A DNA stretch of 64,000 nucleotides. Origin: an uncultured delta proteobacterium. Lineage in GTDB: Bacteria > Desulfobacterota > Binatia > Binatales > Binataceae. The stretch covers positions 9,814 through 73,813 of the forward strand of contig CAWBMF010000011.1 in the NCBI GenBank assembly GCA_963789835.1. Reading direction: 5' to 3'. The notes under the pieces were generated by a model, which saw only the letters and a program-made list of their open reading frames with translations, was not told where the DNA came from and ran no database searches. Below, in pieces: positions 1 through 9,119 of this stretch. Each line of letters starts with the position of its first letter. Position 1 is the stretch's first letter. A program made the translations under genes and the position numbers.

Positions 1-299
1 TGCCTTCACTGGCCGCGGAAGCGCGCGAACTAGTTGATTGGCTCCTCCGAGCTTATCCTGAGGCTCCTCGAACGTCTGCTAGGACAATTGAGAATCAGCT
101 TCGCGATCTTCACCGTCGTCACTTCAAAACGAGGACCACGAAATAAGGTTTTTCGTACGGCTTTTTCGTGGGACGGGCTACGACTTAGTCTTCGCGGTAT
201 GAAGTTACGTCGTAACTCGCTTTTAAGTCTCAGATTAACGGGCCATTCATCCCATCTAAATGGGGTCAGGATCATATTCGCAGGCGCGCATGCGTTCTC

Positions 300-1304
300 T
301 TGCGGCTGGCGCGGCCGCGCGACGACGAGCGGCGAACGGAAGAGAATTGGGCGAGCTGTGGGCGGGCGGAAGCTATGAGCGGATTCGTGATGGGCTTGAT
401 TCTGAAACATTCGCGGTCGAGAGGGACCAGCAGGCTAGTGGCTGTGGCGATTGGGGATTGCTGCGAAGACGACGGAACCGGCGCTTGGCCGGCTGTGCGC
501 ACCATCGCGGCGCGCGCGAGCACTAGCGGGCGAACAGCGCAGCGGTCGATCACGGAGCTTGTGCAGTTAGGCGAGCTCGCCATCGATGAGAACGCAGGGC
601 CGAAACGCGCAAACCTCTACACGATTAGAATCGACCGGCTTCTTGCCAATGGTGCCGCTGACAAACTGGCGGCTGAAAAATTGGCGCTAGAATCGAAGCG
701 GCAGGGTGCCAAATCGGCGCCTGTACCAAAATTACACCCTGTCAGAGAAGGCGCCGGAGGGTGTCACGACGAGCGAATGGAGGGTGACGAAATTGCAGCA
801 GAGGGTGACAAGGCAGTGTCACCCGATCCGTCCTCTGGATCCGTCCGTTCGGATCCGTCCATCGATCCGTCCACCTGCGGTGCGGCTCGTTCGGGGTTCC
901 TCTATCCCGATGACTTCCTGGAATTCTGGAACGTGTTTCCGGGCACAGATGGAAAACGCGCGGCCCTCCAGGCGTGGAAGAAGTTATCGAAGTTCGAAAA
1001 GGCGAGCGCGATAGCTGACGTTCCCAAACGGCTCTTGGCGAATTGGGCTGGGAAGGAGCTCCACAAGCTTCCCAACGCCTCGACTTACCTGAATGAGCGG
1101 CGATGGGAAGATGAGCTGCAGGCGAATCGAATTGTGGTGCCAGGGCCGCCGAGACTTTCGCCAAAGCGGCAGGAACTATTCGAATCGATTCAACGCGACA
1201 AGGCAAAGGAAGCGGTAAATGAAACAGTCTCAGGCCAAACAGGTGTTGCTCAAGTCCAGCACCATCTGGACGAGACAACCGACAGACGAGGCAATACAGG
1301 CTGA
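300..1304 (+). CDS. phage-like HTH domain protein; probable true start at the in-frame ATG at 372 (MSGFVMGL...)
   Basis: ORF with a central 'RTAQRSITELVQLGEL' helix-turn-helix-like segment; first gene of a block of + strand mobile-element genes; family not recognised. Confidence 0.4.
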   Translation: MRLARPRDDERRTEENWASCGRAEAMSGFVMGLILKHSRSRGTSRLVAVAIGDCCEDDGTGAWPAVRTIAARASTSGRTAQRSITELVQLGELAIDENAGPKRANLYTIRIDRLLANGAADKLAAEKLALESKRQGAKSAPVPKLHPVREGAGGCHDERMEGDEIAAEGDKAVSPDPSSGSVRSDPSIDPSTCGAARSGFLYPDDFLEFWNVFPGTDGKRAALQAWKKLSKFEKASAIADVPKRLLANWAGKELHKLPNASTYLNERRWEDELQANRIVVPGPPRLSPKRQELFESIQRDKAKEAVNETVSGQTGVAQVQHHLDETTDRRGNTG

Positions 1305-1596
1305 GTGGGCAGAATGTCTTTCGCGGGTGAGCTTCGAAGGGGCTCTGTACGCTGTTCGCGGACTGCGAGATTCGGGGCGCCAGGAGTCACCGACGCCAGG
1401 CGAAATATTCAAGCTCGCGCGCGAGTTCGACGATCGACGCGAAGCCGACGAGCGCCGCAAGCAGAGGCTGCTGGAGGAGCCGGCCCGAACGCCGGAACAG
1501 ATCGCGGCGGCAAAAAACCTCGTGGCGGATTTCGAGAAACGTATGAATGAACGTAATGATCGAAGACGCCGCGGTTCCCGAATCGTACCGGGGTAG
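1219..1596 (+). CDS. hypothetical protein of the mobile element
   Basis: 125-aa ORF with a charged, Arg/Glu-rich C-terminus; no recognisable family; overlaps its neighbours, so the boundaries are uncertain. Confidence 0.3.
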   Translation: MKQSQAKQVLLKSSTIWTRQPTDEAIQAEWAECLSRVSFEGALYAVRGLRDSGRQESPTPGEIFKLAREFDDRREADERRKQRLLEEPARTPEQIAAAKNLVADFEKRMNERNDRRRRGSRIVPG

Positions 1597-1696
1597 GGGG
1601 ATCAAATCTCTACGATCGGCCGAGCGTTTACCGTATGGCAGCTACACGCGTGTGGCCGCAGGTTGCCCCCTAGGGGGGGTATGCAGGAGGTGGTGG

Positions 1697-2953
1697 ATGG
1701 GGAGTCAGGATTTTCGTGATCGAATCAAAGAGCTCCGTCGGGTGCCAGCGCGAGAGCTTGTGGCGAATCCTCGAAACTGGCGCAAGCACCCCGCTGCCCA
1801 GGCCCAGGCACTTAGGGCGGTGCTAGAGGAGGTCGGCTATGCCGACGTATTGCTGGCGCGCGAGATGCCGGACGGTCGCTTGATGCTGATAGATGGCCAT
1901 CTTCGGGCCGAGACCACACCAGACCAGAACGTGCCTGTTGTGGTCCTCGACGTAGACGAGATCGAAGCAGACAAGATTCTAGCAACCCTCGATCCCCTCG
2001 CCGGCATGGCACAAACGGATAAGCTTGTCGCCCGCGATCTCGCTGACCTGCTTCGAGAATTTAGCGGTGATGGAGTAAATCGGCTACTCGAACAATTGGC
2101 TGGCCGCTCAGTGGGTGAACTGAAAGATCCACCGGCGCAGGTCGACAAGGCTTCTGAACTGATGGCGAAATGGGCGACTCAAACGGGCCAGGTGTGGCAG
2201 ATAGGCCCGCATCGGATGGTATGCGGGGATTGCCGTGATGAGACGGTTGTAGGGCGGCTTTGGCCGAAGGGCGGTCCTAAATTGCGGATGGTCTGGACCG
2301 ATCCGCCCTACGGCGTCGACTATGCGGCGAAGAACGCCTATCTAAACCGCGCCGACCGAGGAAATCGGGTTCAAACTCCAATCGAAAACGACAGTCTGAC
2401 AGCCGCCGAGACAGGAATCGTTTTCAAGCGATCGCTTGAGGTCGCGAAGAAATTCGCCGAGGCGGGTGCGGCCTGCTATGCGACCGTACCGGCCGGTCCA
2501 TTGCTCGTCCACTTCGTTCAAGCACTGACCGCCGCCGGCTTCGGATACCACGCTCAATTGATCTGGGTGAAGCATCAATTTGTGATCGGAATGGCCGACT
2601 ATCACCACCGCTTCGAGCCAATTCTGTACGGTTGGCTGCCCGATGCGGCGCACTACTTCGTCAAGGATCGTACTCAAGACGATGTTTTCGAAGTTGCCAA
2701 ACCTCAGGCGAGCGAATTCCATCCAACCACGAAACCCATCGAGTTGATTGCGCGAATGATCGCCAACAGCAGCCGGCCGGGCGAGATTGTCTTCGATCCA
2801 TTCTGTGGCAGTGGGTCCACCCTGCTCGCCGCGCATCAATTGGAGCGCATTGGCTACGGCGTCGAATTGTCTCCCGCGTATATTGCCGTAGTTCTCGAGC
2901 GATTCGCGGCGCTTGGTGTCGAAGCAGAATTGGTTGGACGCGAGGAATGCTAG
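1697..2953 (+). CDS. ParB-like nuclease domain fused to a DNA N6/N4-methyltransferase (phage-type MTase)
   Basis: The N-terminus 'RVPARELVANPRNWRKH...LIDGHLR' is ParB/Srx-like. 'MVWTDPPYGVDY' is the DPPY catalytic motif and 'VFDPFCGSGSTLLAA' is the SAM-binding FxGxG motif. An in-frame upstream start at 1547 is also possible. Confidence 0.8.
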   Translation: MGSQDFRDRIKELRRVPARELVANPRNWRKHPAAQAQALRAVLEEVGYADVLLAREMPDGRLMLIDGHLRAETTPDQNVPVVVLDVDEIEADKILATLDPLAGMAQTDKLVARDLADLLREFSGDGVNRLLEQLAGRSVGELKDPPAQVDKASELMAKWATQTGQVWQIGPHRMVCGDCRDETVVGRLWPKGGPKLRMVWTDPPYGVDYAAKNAYLNRADRGNRVQTPIENDSLTAAETGIVFKRSLEVAKKFAEAGAACYATVPAGPLLVHFVQALTAAGFGYHAQLIWVKHQFVIGMADYHHRFEPILYGWLPDAAHYFVKDRTQDDVFEVAKPQASEFHPTTKPIELIARMIANSSRPGEIVFDPFCGSGSTLLAAHQLERIGYGVELSPAYIAVVLERFAALGVEAELVGREEC

Positions 2954-3433
2954 ATGAAAACGCCAGGACCGCCACCAACGCCGACTAATCTGAAATTGCT
3001 CAAGGGAAACCCGGGGAAGCGGAAGCTGAACACTAACGAACCGGACCCCGAGCCGGCGATCCCTCCTTGCCCCAATCACCTGGATAAGGTTGCCAAGAAA
3101 GAGTGGCGCAGAATCAGCAAGGAGCTTCTTGCACTCGGAATAATCTCGAGGCTGGATCGCGCCGCTCTTGGCGGCTATTGCGACGCGTACGGACGCTGGG
3201 CGGAAGCGGCGCAACAAATCCAGAAATACGGTCTGGTCTTCAAATCGCCAAGCGGCTACCCGATGCCATCGCCGTATCTCGCGATCCTTCATACTGCGCT
3301 CGACCAGATGCGCGCATTCCTCACGGAATTTGGGCTCAGTCCGGCTTCGCGCTCACGGGTCAAGGTGGCCAATCCCAAGCAGCGTGACCTATTCGGGGAT
3401 TTTCTCGATGGCGACGACGAAGAGGTTGTCTGA
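2954..3433 (+). CDS. phage terminase small subunit, P27 family
   Basis: 'LKGNPGKRKLN...W...L...G.....D...L..YC..Y' N-terminal signature and 'FGLSPASRSRV' C-terminal signature of the P27 TerS family; no large terminase follows. Confidence 0.7.
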   Translation: MKTPGPPPTPTNLKLLKGNPGKRKLNTNEPDPEPAIPPCPNHLDKVAKKEWRRISKELLALGIISRLDRAALGGYCDAYGRWAEAAQQIQKYGLVFKSPSGYPMPSPYLAILHTALDQMRAFLTEFGLSPASRSRVKVANPKQRDLFGDFLDGDDEEVV

Positions 3434-3441
3434 CCGACTCT

Positions 3442-3801
3442 TTGGGCGGTGAGGTATCTGGTGTGGCAGAGGGAAACTCAATTCAGCAAAACGATCCGAA
3501 GCTCGTCGAATGGGCTGGTCGGATCTCGCTCGATCAGATCCCGGGGCTGCTGCTGGTCCTCGCTTCACGCTGGCTGGTCGAGACGTCGGCAAACGCGAAC
3601 GAACAAGACAGTAAACGCGACCCGGGACCGAACCTCGTAACCGCCGGTGAGCTGGCCAAGCACCTCAATCTCCCCGAGTCCTGGGTTCGCACCGAGGAGC
3701 GACTCGGTCGAATTCCAAGCGTCAGGCTCGGCAAATACGTCCGCTTCAGGTTGAGCGATGTGGAACGGAGCCTCGCTCAAAACAAACGCCGCAGGCCATA
3801 A
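3442..3801 (+). CDS. excisionase/MerR-like helix-turn-helix DNA-binding protein
   Basis: C-terminal 'LVTAGELAKHLNLPESWVRTEERLGRIPSVRLGKYVRFRLSDVERSL' resembles an excisionase-family HTH; it sits immediately upstream of the integrase; the true start may be internal. Confidence 0.5.
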   Translation: MGGEVSGVAEGNSIQQNDPKLVEWAGRISLDQIPGLLLVLASRWLVETSANANEQDSKRDPGPNLVTAGELAKHLNLPESWVRTEERLGRIPSVRLGKYVRFRLSDVERSLAQNKRRRP

Positions 3802-3881
3802 ATGGGCCATTTTCCTGCCATTCCGGCAGACTGGATGTCGGTCGCGATCTCACGCTAGTCGTGTCCACCTGAAAGATTGCG

Positions 3882-5120
3882 ATGGCAAGCATCAGAAAAT
3901 TCCATGTCGCCAGCTGCATAGGCAAAGATTGTGGCTGCCTTTGGGTGCTCGATTATCGCCCGCTCGGTTTGTTCGGCCCGCGTCGGCGGGTCCGTTTCAA
4001 GACGCGTAAAAAGGCGGAACGGTTCCAGATCGACACCGTGCAGCAAGCTTCTCGCGGCGAATACGTCGAGCCGGCGAAGGTGCCAACTTTCGGCGAGGTT
4101 GCTGAGGATTGGTTCAAAAGCAAGTTGGGTCGCAGACCTTCTCACACCTTCAATCTTAGAACGCGCCTCGACAAACAAATCCTGCCCGTGATTGGAAAGC
4201 AAAAGCTCGATCGAATCACGGTGGAGGCAGTAGAAAAGCTTCGAGACAAGCTGCGCGAAGAGGAATATGCGCACCGGACCATCAACCGGATCCTTTGGAT
4301 CGTCGGAGCGGTGTTTCGTCTCGCAATCAAACGGGGGCAGTGCTCGAAGAATCCGGTCGACAGCGTCGAGCGCGCGGTTCAACCAGCGCGGGAGCTCAGC
4401 ACCGATGGTCTGCCAGCTGGAACCGGAACGGACGCCATCGATCCCGACAGCGTCCTCAGCCCGAAAGAAATTCAAACTCTGCTGCAGGAAGCAAAGCCCG
4501 GTTTCGAGCGAACCCTCTTCGAGACCGCGTATCTCACGGGAGCGAGACAGGGAGAACTCCTTGCGCTGCGATGGATTGATCTGGAGCTGCCGAAGGAAGG
4601 CTCCGGGAAAATGGTGATCCGCCGGAGTCTGTCCTGGGCCCGGCCGCAGGGCGAGGAGATACGCCCCCGTTACTTCCCACCGAAGACCAAAGCGGGCCGC
4701 CGAACGATCTCCATACCTGCTTTGCTGGTCGCAGAGCTCAAGCGTTGGAAGCTTCAGTGTCCGATCTCGGAAGATGGACTGGTATTTCCGACGATGGACG
4801 GAAAGCCGATGCCGCACGCGAAGATGCTCCAGACCCAATTCTATCCAGCCCTTTCACGAGCGAAGCTGCGGAGGGTTACGTTCCACACTCTGCGCCATAG
4901 TTGTGCTTCGGCAATGATCGCGAGCGGCGCCCCGATAACCGAGGTGCAGCATCGGCTCGGCCACGCCAATCCCGCTATAACCTTGCTTGTGTACTCGCAT
5001 TTTCTGAAGCAATCGGAGAGCGATGTTGCCGACAGGCTCGCCGACGCCCTATTAAACATCCCTTCAGCAACCAGAACTCAAAAAGCGATCGAATCATCAT
5101 CTAGCGCGATTGCGTCATAG
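3882..5120 (+). CDS. tyrosine-type site-specific integrase (phage integrase family)
   Basis: C-terminal catalytic box 'HTLRHSCASAMIASGAPITEVQHRLGHANPAITLLVYSHF' (R...HxxR...Y); an N-terminal SAM-like domain; 412 aa. Confidence 0.9.
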   Translation: MASIRKFHVASCIGKDCGCLWVLDYRPLGLFGPRRRVRFKTRKKAERFQIDTVQQASRGEYVEPAKVPTFGEVAEDWFKSKLGRRPSHTFNLRTRLDKQILPVIGKQKLDRITVEAVEKLRDKLREEEYAHRTINRILWIVGAVFRLAIKRGQCSKNPVDSVERAVQPARELSTDGLPAGTGTDAIDPDSVLSPKEIQTLLQEAKPGFERTLFETAYLTGARQGELLALRWIDLELPKEGSGKMVIRRSLSWARPQGEEIRPRYFPPKTKAGRRTISIPALLVAELKRWKLQCPISEDGLVFPTMDGKPMPHAKMLQTQFYPALSRAKLRRVTFHTLRHSCASAMIASGAPITEVQHRLGHANPAITLLVYSHFLKQSESDVADRLADALLNIPSATRTQKAIESSSSAIAS

Positions 5121-5262
5121 CTCCCGATAATGCGGAGCAAGCCCGCGGATGGCTTGGACATACGTTCGCTCTGGAATTAACAATGGGCTGCGATTGGCCC
5201 ATCGGAGGGGTATATTTTCTTGAGCGTCTGCGAGAGTCCTAATCGCCAGGCAGCATGCCGCC
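5113..5262. repeat. ~150-bp direct repeat, copy A (about 80% identical to 11482-11642); starts 8 nt before the integrase stop codon; candidate att site or conserved non-coding element
   Basis: Aligned by eye: 'cgt[c/t]atagctcccgataatg...gcggatggcttggac...ctggaattaacaatgggctgcg...aattttcttgagc...tcctaatcgc[c/t]agg' is shared between the two loci in the same orientation. Confidence 0.7.
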
Positions 5263-5314
5263 ATCGGATCCTTTTGAGCCGCTGCTATACAACACCACAC
5301 TGAGGAGAACCCGC

Positions 5315-6049
5315 ATGCCAAAGTTCAGCCGTTTAACGCCAATCCGTTTGCTGGTTTTTGGAGTGCTGCTCCTTGCATCACCTTCGTGGGCTCAGACGCG
5401 CTCGCCGATTGCCGAACAGATCGCCAAGGCCTATGGCCTGGATTCGTACGATCAAGTTGAAGCGATCCGCTATACGTTCAACATAAGGGGCGCCATCTCG
5501 GTCACTCGTTCATGGGTTTGGGAGCCCAAGACTGGCCAAATCTCCTACGAGGGAAAGGATAAGGACGGCAAGCCGGTGAAAGTTACCTTTGTGCAATCCA
5601 AGGTTACCCCCGATTCTCCCATCGCGAAGGAAAAAATTGACTGGTTTTTCGTAAACGACAATTATTGGGCGTTCCTCCCCTTCCATCTTTACTGGGATTC
5701 CTCAGGCGTTAAGGTGCAAGACATGGGCATGCAAAAGCTGCCGCTCGGGAATGGTTCGGCGAAGCTGGTGACCTTCCAATATCCGAAGGGTGGTTACACG
5801 CCCGGAGATACTTGGGATCTGTACGTAGCGTCTGACAACCTGTTCAAACAAATGGTCTACCATCGGGGATCCCCAAATAGCCCCGTGCCAGCTCTCGTTA
5901 CAGTGACCTGGGCGGGCTACAAGAAAGTTGGCCCTCTAACTTTTTCGACCGATCATCGCGGGACCGCGGATGGCAAGCAGCTGCATCTCTTCTTTTCGAA
6001 TGTGGCCGTCAAGCTAGTCGGGTCCGAGACATGGATTAACGCGCAATAG
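5315..6049 (+). CDS. secreted hypothetical protein
   Basis: ATG at 5315 preceded by a GAGGAGAA Shine-Dalgarno; signal peptide 'MPKFSRLTPIRLLVFGVLLLASPSWAQ'; the upstream in-frame extension to 5255 lacks a ribosome-binding site. Confidence 0.6.
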   Translation: MPKFSRLTPIRLLVFGVLLLASPSWAQTRSPIAEQIAKAYGLDSYDQVEAIRYTFNIRGAISVTRSWVWEPKTGQISYEGKDKDGKPVKVTFVQSKVTPDSPIAKEKIDWFFVNDNYWAFLPFHLYWDSSGVKVQDMGMQKLPLGNGSAKLVTFQYPKGGYTPGDTWDLYVASDNLFKQMVYHRGSPNSPVPALVTVTWAGYKKVGPLTFSTDHRGTADGKQLHLFFSNVAVKLVGSETWINAQ

Positions 6050-6109
6050 AAGCGGCATCTACGGTGTCGATGGCGAATTGCTTATTGGCGCTTCAAAAGG
6101 AAAAGCTCG

Positions 6110-7138
6110 ATGACAAACCCCGGCTCCCACAAATACTTGTTCATCGCGGTCGCGTTCGTGCTGACGCTCGTGAACGTCGATTTGTTAAGCGCCCGAGCGC
6201 AAACGCAATCCCCATCTCAGCCTGCAAAGGTGCGAGAGGTCGATTTCACCTATCACACAGAAATTACCGGAATAGATCCGAAGGCCCATCGTGTCGAGGC
6301 CTGGATTCCGCTGCCGCGAGAAGACCGATTCCAGCAGGTAAGCGATCTTAGGATCGACAGTCCAGCGCATGTCGAGGTGGTAAATCAGCCCACCGGCGGA
6401 AATCGCGTTGCGCATCTGCTCGTAAACGTGCCGCCGTCGGGTTCGATACCGGTTACCATCCGCTTCAATGTGCGGCGCGTCGAGGAATCGGCGGATCTGG
6501 AGAAGGCGCAGGCGAACGGTCCGCGGCCGACCGGCGGGGCGTTTGCCGGCTACTTGGGCCCGGACCGCCTAGTTCCGATCGACGGACAAATAAAGCTGGT
6601 AAGCGCCAAGGTGGGCGAACCGGACGGTTCTTCCTACGAACAGGCCAAGGCCATCTACGACTACGTCATTGCGAACATGACCTACGACAAGAGCGGCCAA
6701 GGATGGGGACGGGGCGACGCCATCTATGCGTGCAACGTCAAAAAAGGAAACTGCACCGACTTCCACTCGCTGTTCATCGCGATTGCTCGCTCTCGGGGCA
6801 TTCCGGCGCGTTTTACGATTGGCTTTCCGCTCGGCGCGCCGAGCGCGGGCACAATCCCCGGTTATCATTGTTGGGCGGAATTTTATACCGGCGGCCAGTG
6901 GGTTCCGGTGGACGCATCGGAAGCGTGGAAGCATCCTGACCTGCGCAATTATTATTTCGGCCATCTCGACGCCGGCCGGGTTGCGTTCACGATGGGCCGC
7001 GACCTGGAGCTAACGCCGCGCCAGAGTGGAGAACCGGTTAACTTTCTGATTTATCCGTACGTTGAGGTCGACGGCAAACCGCTGCCAAAAGAGCAGATCA
7101 AAAACAAGTTCGAGTACACGGCGGTTGCTGGTCAGTGA
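6110..7138 (+). CDS. secreted transglutaminase-like cysteine peptidase domain protein
   Basis: Signal peptide 'YLFIAVAFVLTLVNVDLLSARAQ'; Cys-His-Asp core 'GNCTDFHSLFIAIARSRGIPAR...GYHCWAEFY...VPVDAS' typical of the transglutaminase-like superfamily. Confidence 0.75.
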   Translation: MTNPGSHKYLFIAVAFVLTLVNVDLLSARAQTQSPSQPAKVREVDFTYHTEITGIDPKAHRVEAWIPLPREDRFQQVSDLRIDSPAHVEVVNQPTGGNRVAHLLVNVPPSGSIPVTIRFNVRRVEESADLEKAQANGPRPTGGAFAGYLGPDRLVPIDGQIKLVSAKVGEPDGSSYEQAKAIYDYVIANMTYDKSGQGWGRGDAIYACNVKKGNCTDFHSLFIAIARSRGIPARFTIGFPLGAPSAGTIPGYHCWAEFYTGGQWVPVDASEAWKHPDLRNYYFGHLDAGRVAFTMGRDLELTPRQSGEPVNFLIYPYVEVDGKPLPKEQIKNKFEYTAVAGQ

Positions 7139-7174
7139 TTCGAAAGGCCGCCAAGGAATAACTGCGGCGAACTT

Positions 7175-8470
7175 TCAAGCGGAGGAGCTCGTCGCGCGAC
7201 GCTCCCTCGCTGACTTCGCCCACATCCACCCGGCTACGCCTAGAACGGGAACGTACTCAATTACCATGGTCGCCCAGACGGGAAGCGGCCAGTACACTGC
7301 AAGCGAGCTCACGGTCCAGACCGCGAGCGGCAGCATGCGTGGAGTGAAAAGGAACGGGGTAACCCAAACGAGGTACCACGGGAAAATCGTCGGCGCGAAA
7401 AGCAGCGTTACTGCCAGAGGCCAGGCCCAAGCCTCCGGTGAGTCGAGGGGCAAATGCCAACGCGCCCAGAGCGCGACCGCAAATCCGAGAGCGACCGGAA
7501 CGCCGACCAGGCCCTTCGTCGGAAAGACCCACTCGAGCGCTGTATAAACCGGTGCATTGACGCGCCAACGCGCTAAATAGCCTCCGAGCGAGCCGAGCGG
7601 CAACTGACCGTGTCCCAGAAATGGAATATAAAGCGCAGCGAAAATTCCGACGGCTAACACCGCGTCACGGCGGCGGATGCGACCCCAAAAGAGGGGCGTC
7701 AACGGGACCGGAAGAAATTTGACCCCGATCGAGAGCGCGAACGCAACAGCAGAAGCTGTGCGCTTTCCCCGTACCAGCAAAGCTGCGGTGATGACAAGAG
7801 CTAGCGCACCTAAGAGATCCACATGCCCGTTTCCGGCGCCCTCCAGTGCGACTAGCGGATTCCATGCATACGCGAGCACCCACCACCGGCTTCGACCGGA
7901 CGCAGACAGCCACCAAAGGAGAACGGCGACTAAGGCGGCATCACAGAAAAAGGCGGCAGATTTCATCGCGCGCGCTGAATCATCCACCGTTGCGACGCCG
8001 CGAAAAAAAAGCTCGGCAACAGCTGGATACGGCGTCGGGAAATCAGGATGGTTCATCAGCCGAGTCTCGGCAGTGTGCAAATGCCGGACAGCGCTGTCGC
8101 TTGGTACAACCAGGTAAGGATCGTAGCCAAGCCGCTGGATTCTGCCATCCCACACATACCTATAGACATCGGTTGAAAGGGTTGGCGGGCTGAGTAGAAG
8201 GGCAACTCGCCATGCCGCTGCGAGCACAAGGCATAGCGCAAGTCTTCGATTGCTCCTCCCCGCAAACCGGCCGAGAAGCCATACGGTTCGCAGATATGCG
8301 ATCGCTGCCAACGCAGTGCATACGACGAATACGTGCGCGTGTGTTCTTGAATCCAAGAAGGAAATCCCGAGCATGCAACCTGCGATGACTAAACCCCAGC
8401 CGATGACCGCGGCCGGCGCTACGCTCTCCTCCTTCACCACTCGCGTAGCTCCGGCCGGCGGGCGAGCCAC
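7175..8470 (-). CDS. polytopic membrane GT-C type glycosyltransferase (GT87/DUF2029-like)
   Basis: About 10 predicted TM segments; periplasmic-loop motif 'STDVYRYVWDGRIQRLGYDPYL' resembles the DUF2029/GT87 mannosyltransferase signature; the start may be the internal Met. Confidence 0.55.
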   Translation of the reverse strand: MARPPAGATRVVKEESVAPAAVIGWGLVIAGCMLGISFLDSRTHAHVFVVCTALAAIAYLRTVWLLGRFAGRSNRRLALCLVLAAAWRVALLLSPPTLSTDVYRYVWDGRIQRLGYDPYLVVPSDSAVRHLHTAETRLMNHPDFPTPYPAVAELFFRGVATVDDSARAMKSAAFFCDAALVAVLLWWLSASGRSRWWVLAYAWNPLVALEGAGNGHVDLLGALALVITAALLVRGKRTASAVAFALSIGVKFLPVPLTPLFWGRIRRRDAVLAVGIFAALYIPFLGHGQLPLGSLGGYLARWRVNAPVYTALEWVFPTKGLVGVPVALGFAVALWARWHLPLDSPEAWAWPLAVTLLFAPTIFPWYLVWVTPFLFTPRMLPLAVWTVSSLAVYWPLPVWATMVIEYVPVLGVAGWMWAKSARERRATSSSA

Positions 8471-9078
8471 GCGGCCGTTCGCTGGGCGCGGCTAGGAAAT
8501 AAACTAAGCTCGCGAGCCAACCGCGCCAGATCCTCAAACTCATCCACGTCATAACCGGTTTCGGTGAGTGCCACGCGAAGACCCAGGCCTTGCGCACTTG
8601 CCATCAAGGAATCAAGCGCGCTGCCGGTACCCATCTGTTGCGTATCAAACAACTCGGCTTGCGCAGTGTTACTACCTACGAGGTAGTAACCGCCGTCTGT
8701 CGTAGGACCCAATACCACGTCCGCTCCGTCGAGGAGCTGAAAAGCCTTATCGAGAGTCTCCGGCGGCAGTTGAGGGCTATCGCCATCGAGAGCGATCACA
8801 CGGCGGTATCCTCTGTCGATGAAGATGCGAAAGGCCGAGGCGAGGCCGGCGGCAAGACCTTCGCCTTGTTGCCCGACGACTTCGATCGCCGGCAGCCAAC
8901 TGGCGAGATCGGCGACATCTGACGTCGGGCAAACAATGGCAAGTGCGTCAGTTGAGATGGAGTGAGCAAGATCCAAAGTATCTTCAATCAGACATTTATA
9001 GAGTTCGACGACGGCTTCGGCAGGCAGACTGGCGGCGAGTCGAGTTTTCACTTGGCCGACGCGAGCAGCCTTCGCCAT
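8434..9078 (-). CDS. DUF2064 (CofC/MobA-like nucleotidyltransferase-fold) protein; candidate 'transferase 1, rSAM/selenodomain-associated'
   Basis: 'IIMAKAARVGQVKTRLA...ALDGDSPQLP...VLGPTTDGGYYLVG' matches the DUF2064 pattern. The ORF as given extends to 9462 but then overlaps the GT2 gene, so the start was placed at the Met nearest the family N-terminus; an alternative start between 9078 and 9117 is possible. Confidence 0.6.
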   Translation of the reverse strand: MAKAARVGQVKTRLAASLPAEAVVELYKCLIEDTLDLAHSISTDALAIVCPTSDVADLASWLPAIEVVGQQGEGLAAGLASAFRIFIDRGYRRVIALDGDSPQLPPETLDKAFQLLDGADVVLGPTTDGGYYLVGSNTAQAELFDTQQMGTGSALDSLMASAQGLGLRVALTETGYDVDEFEDLARLARELSLFPSRAQRTAAWLARRPELREW

Positions 9079-9119
9079 TATGATCAGGGCACGTTCACGA
9101 ATCGCTGAACCCACCTGTT

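Noticed and set aside
5113-5262. Repeat A as a tRNA or tmRNA gene (the usual integrase target)
   Set aside because: No acceptor-stem/T-loop (GTTCRA) arrangement or CCA end could be folded by eye, so it was kept as a repeat/att candidate only.
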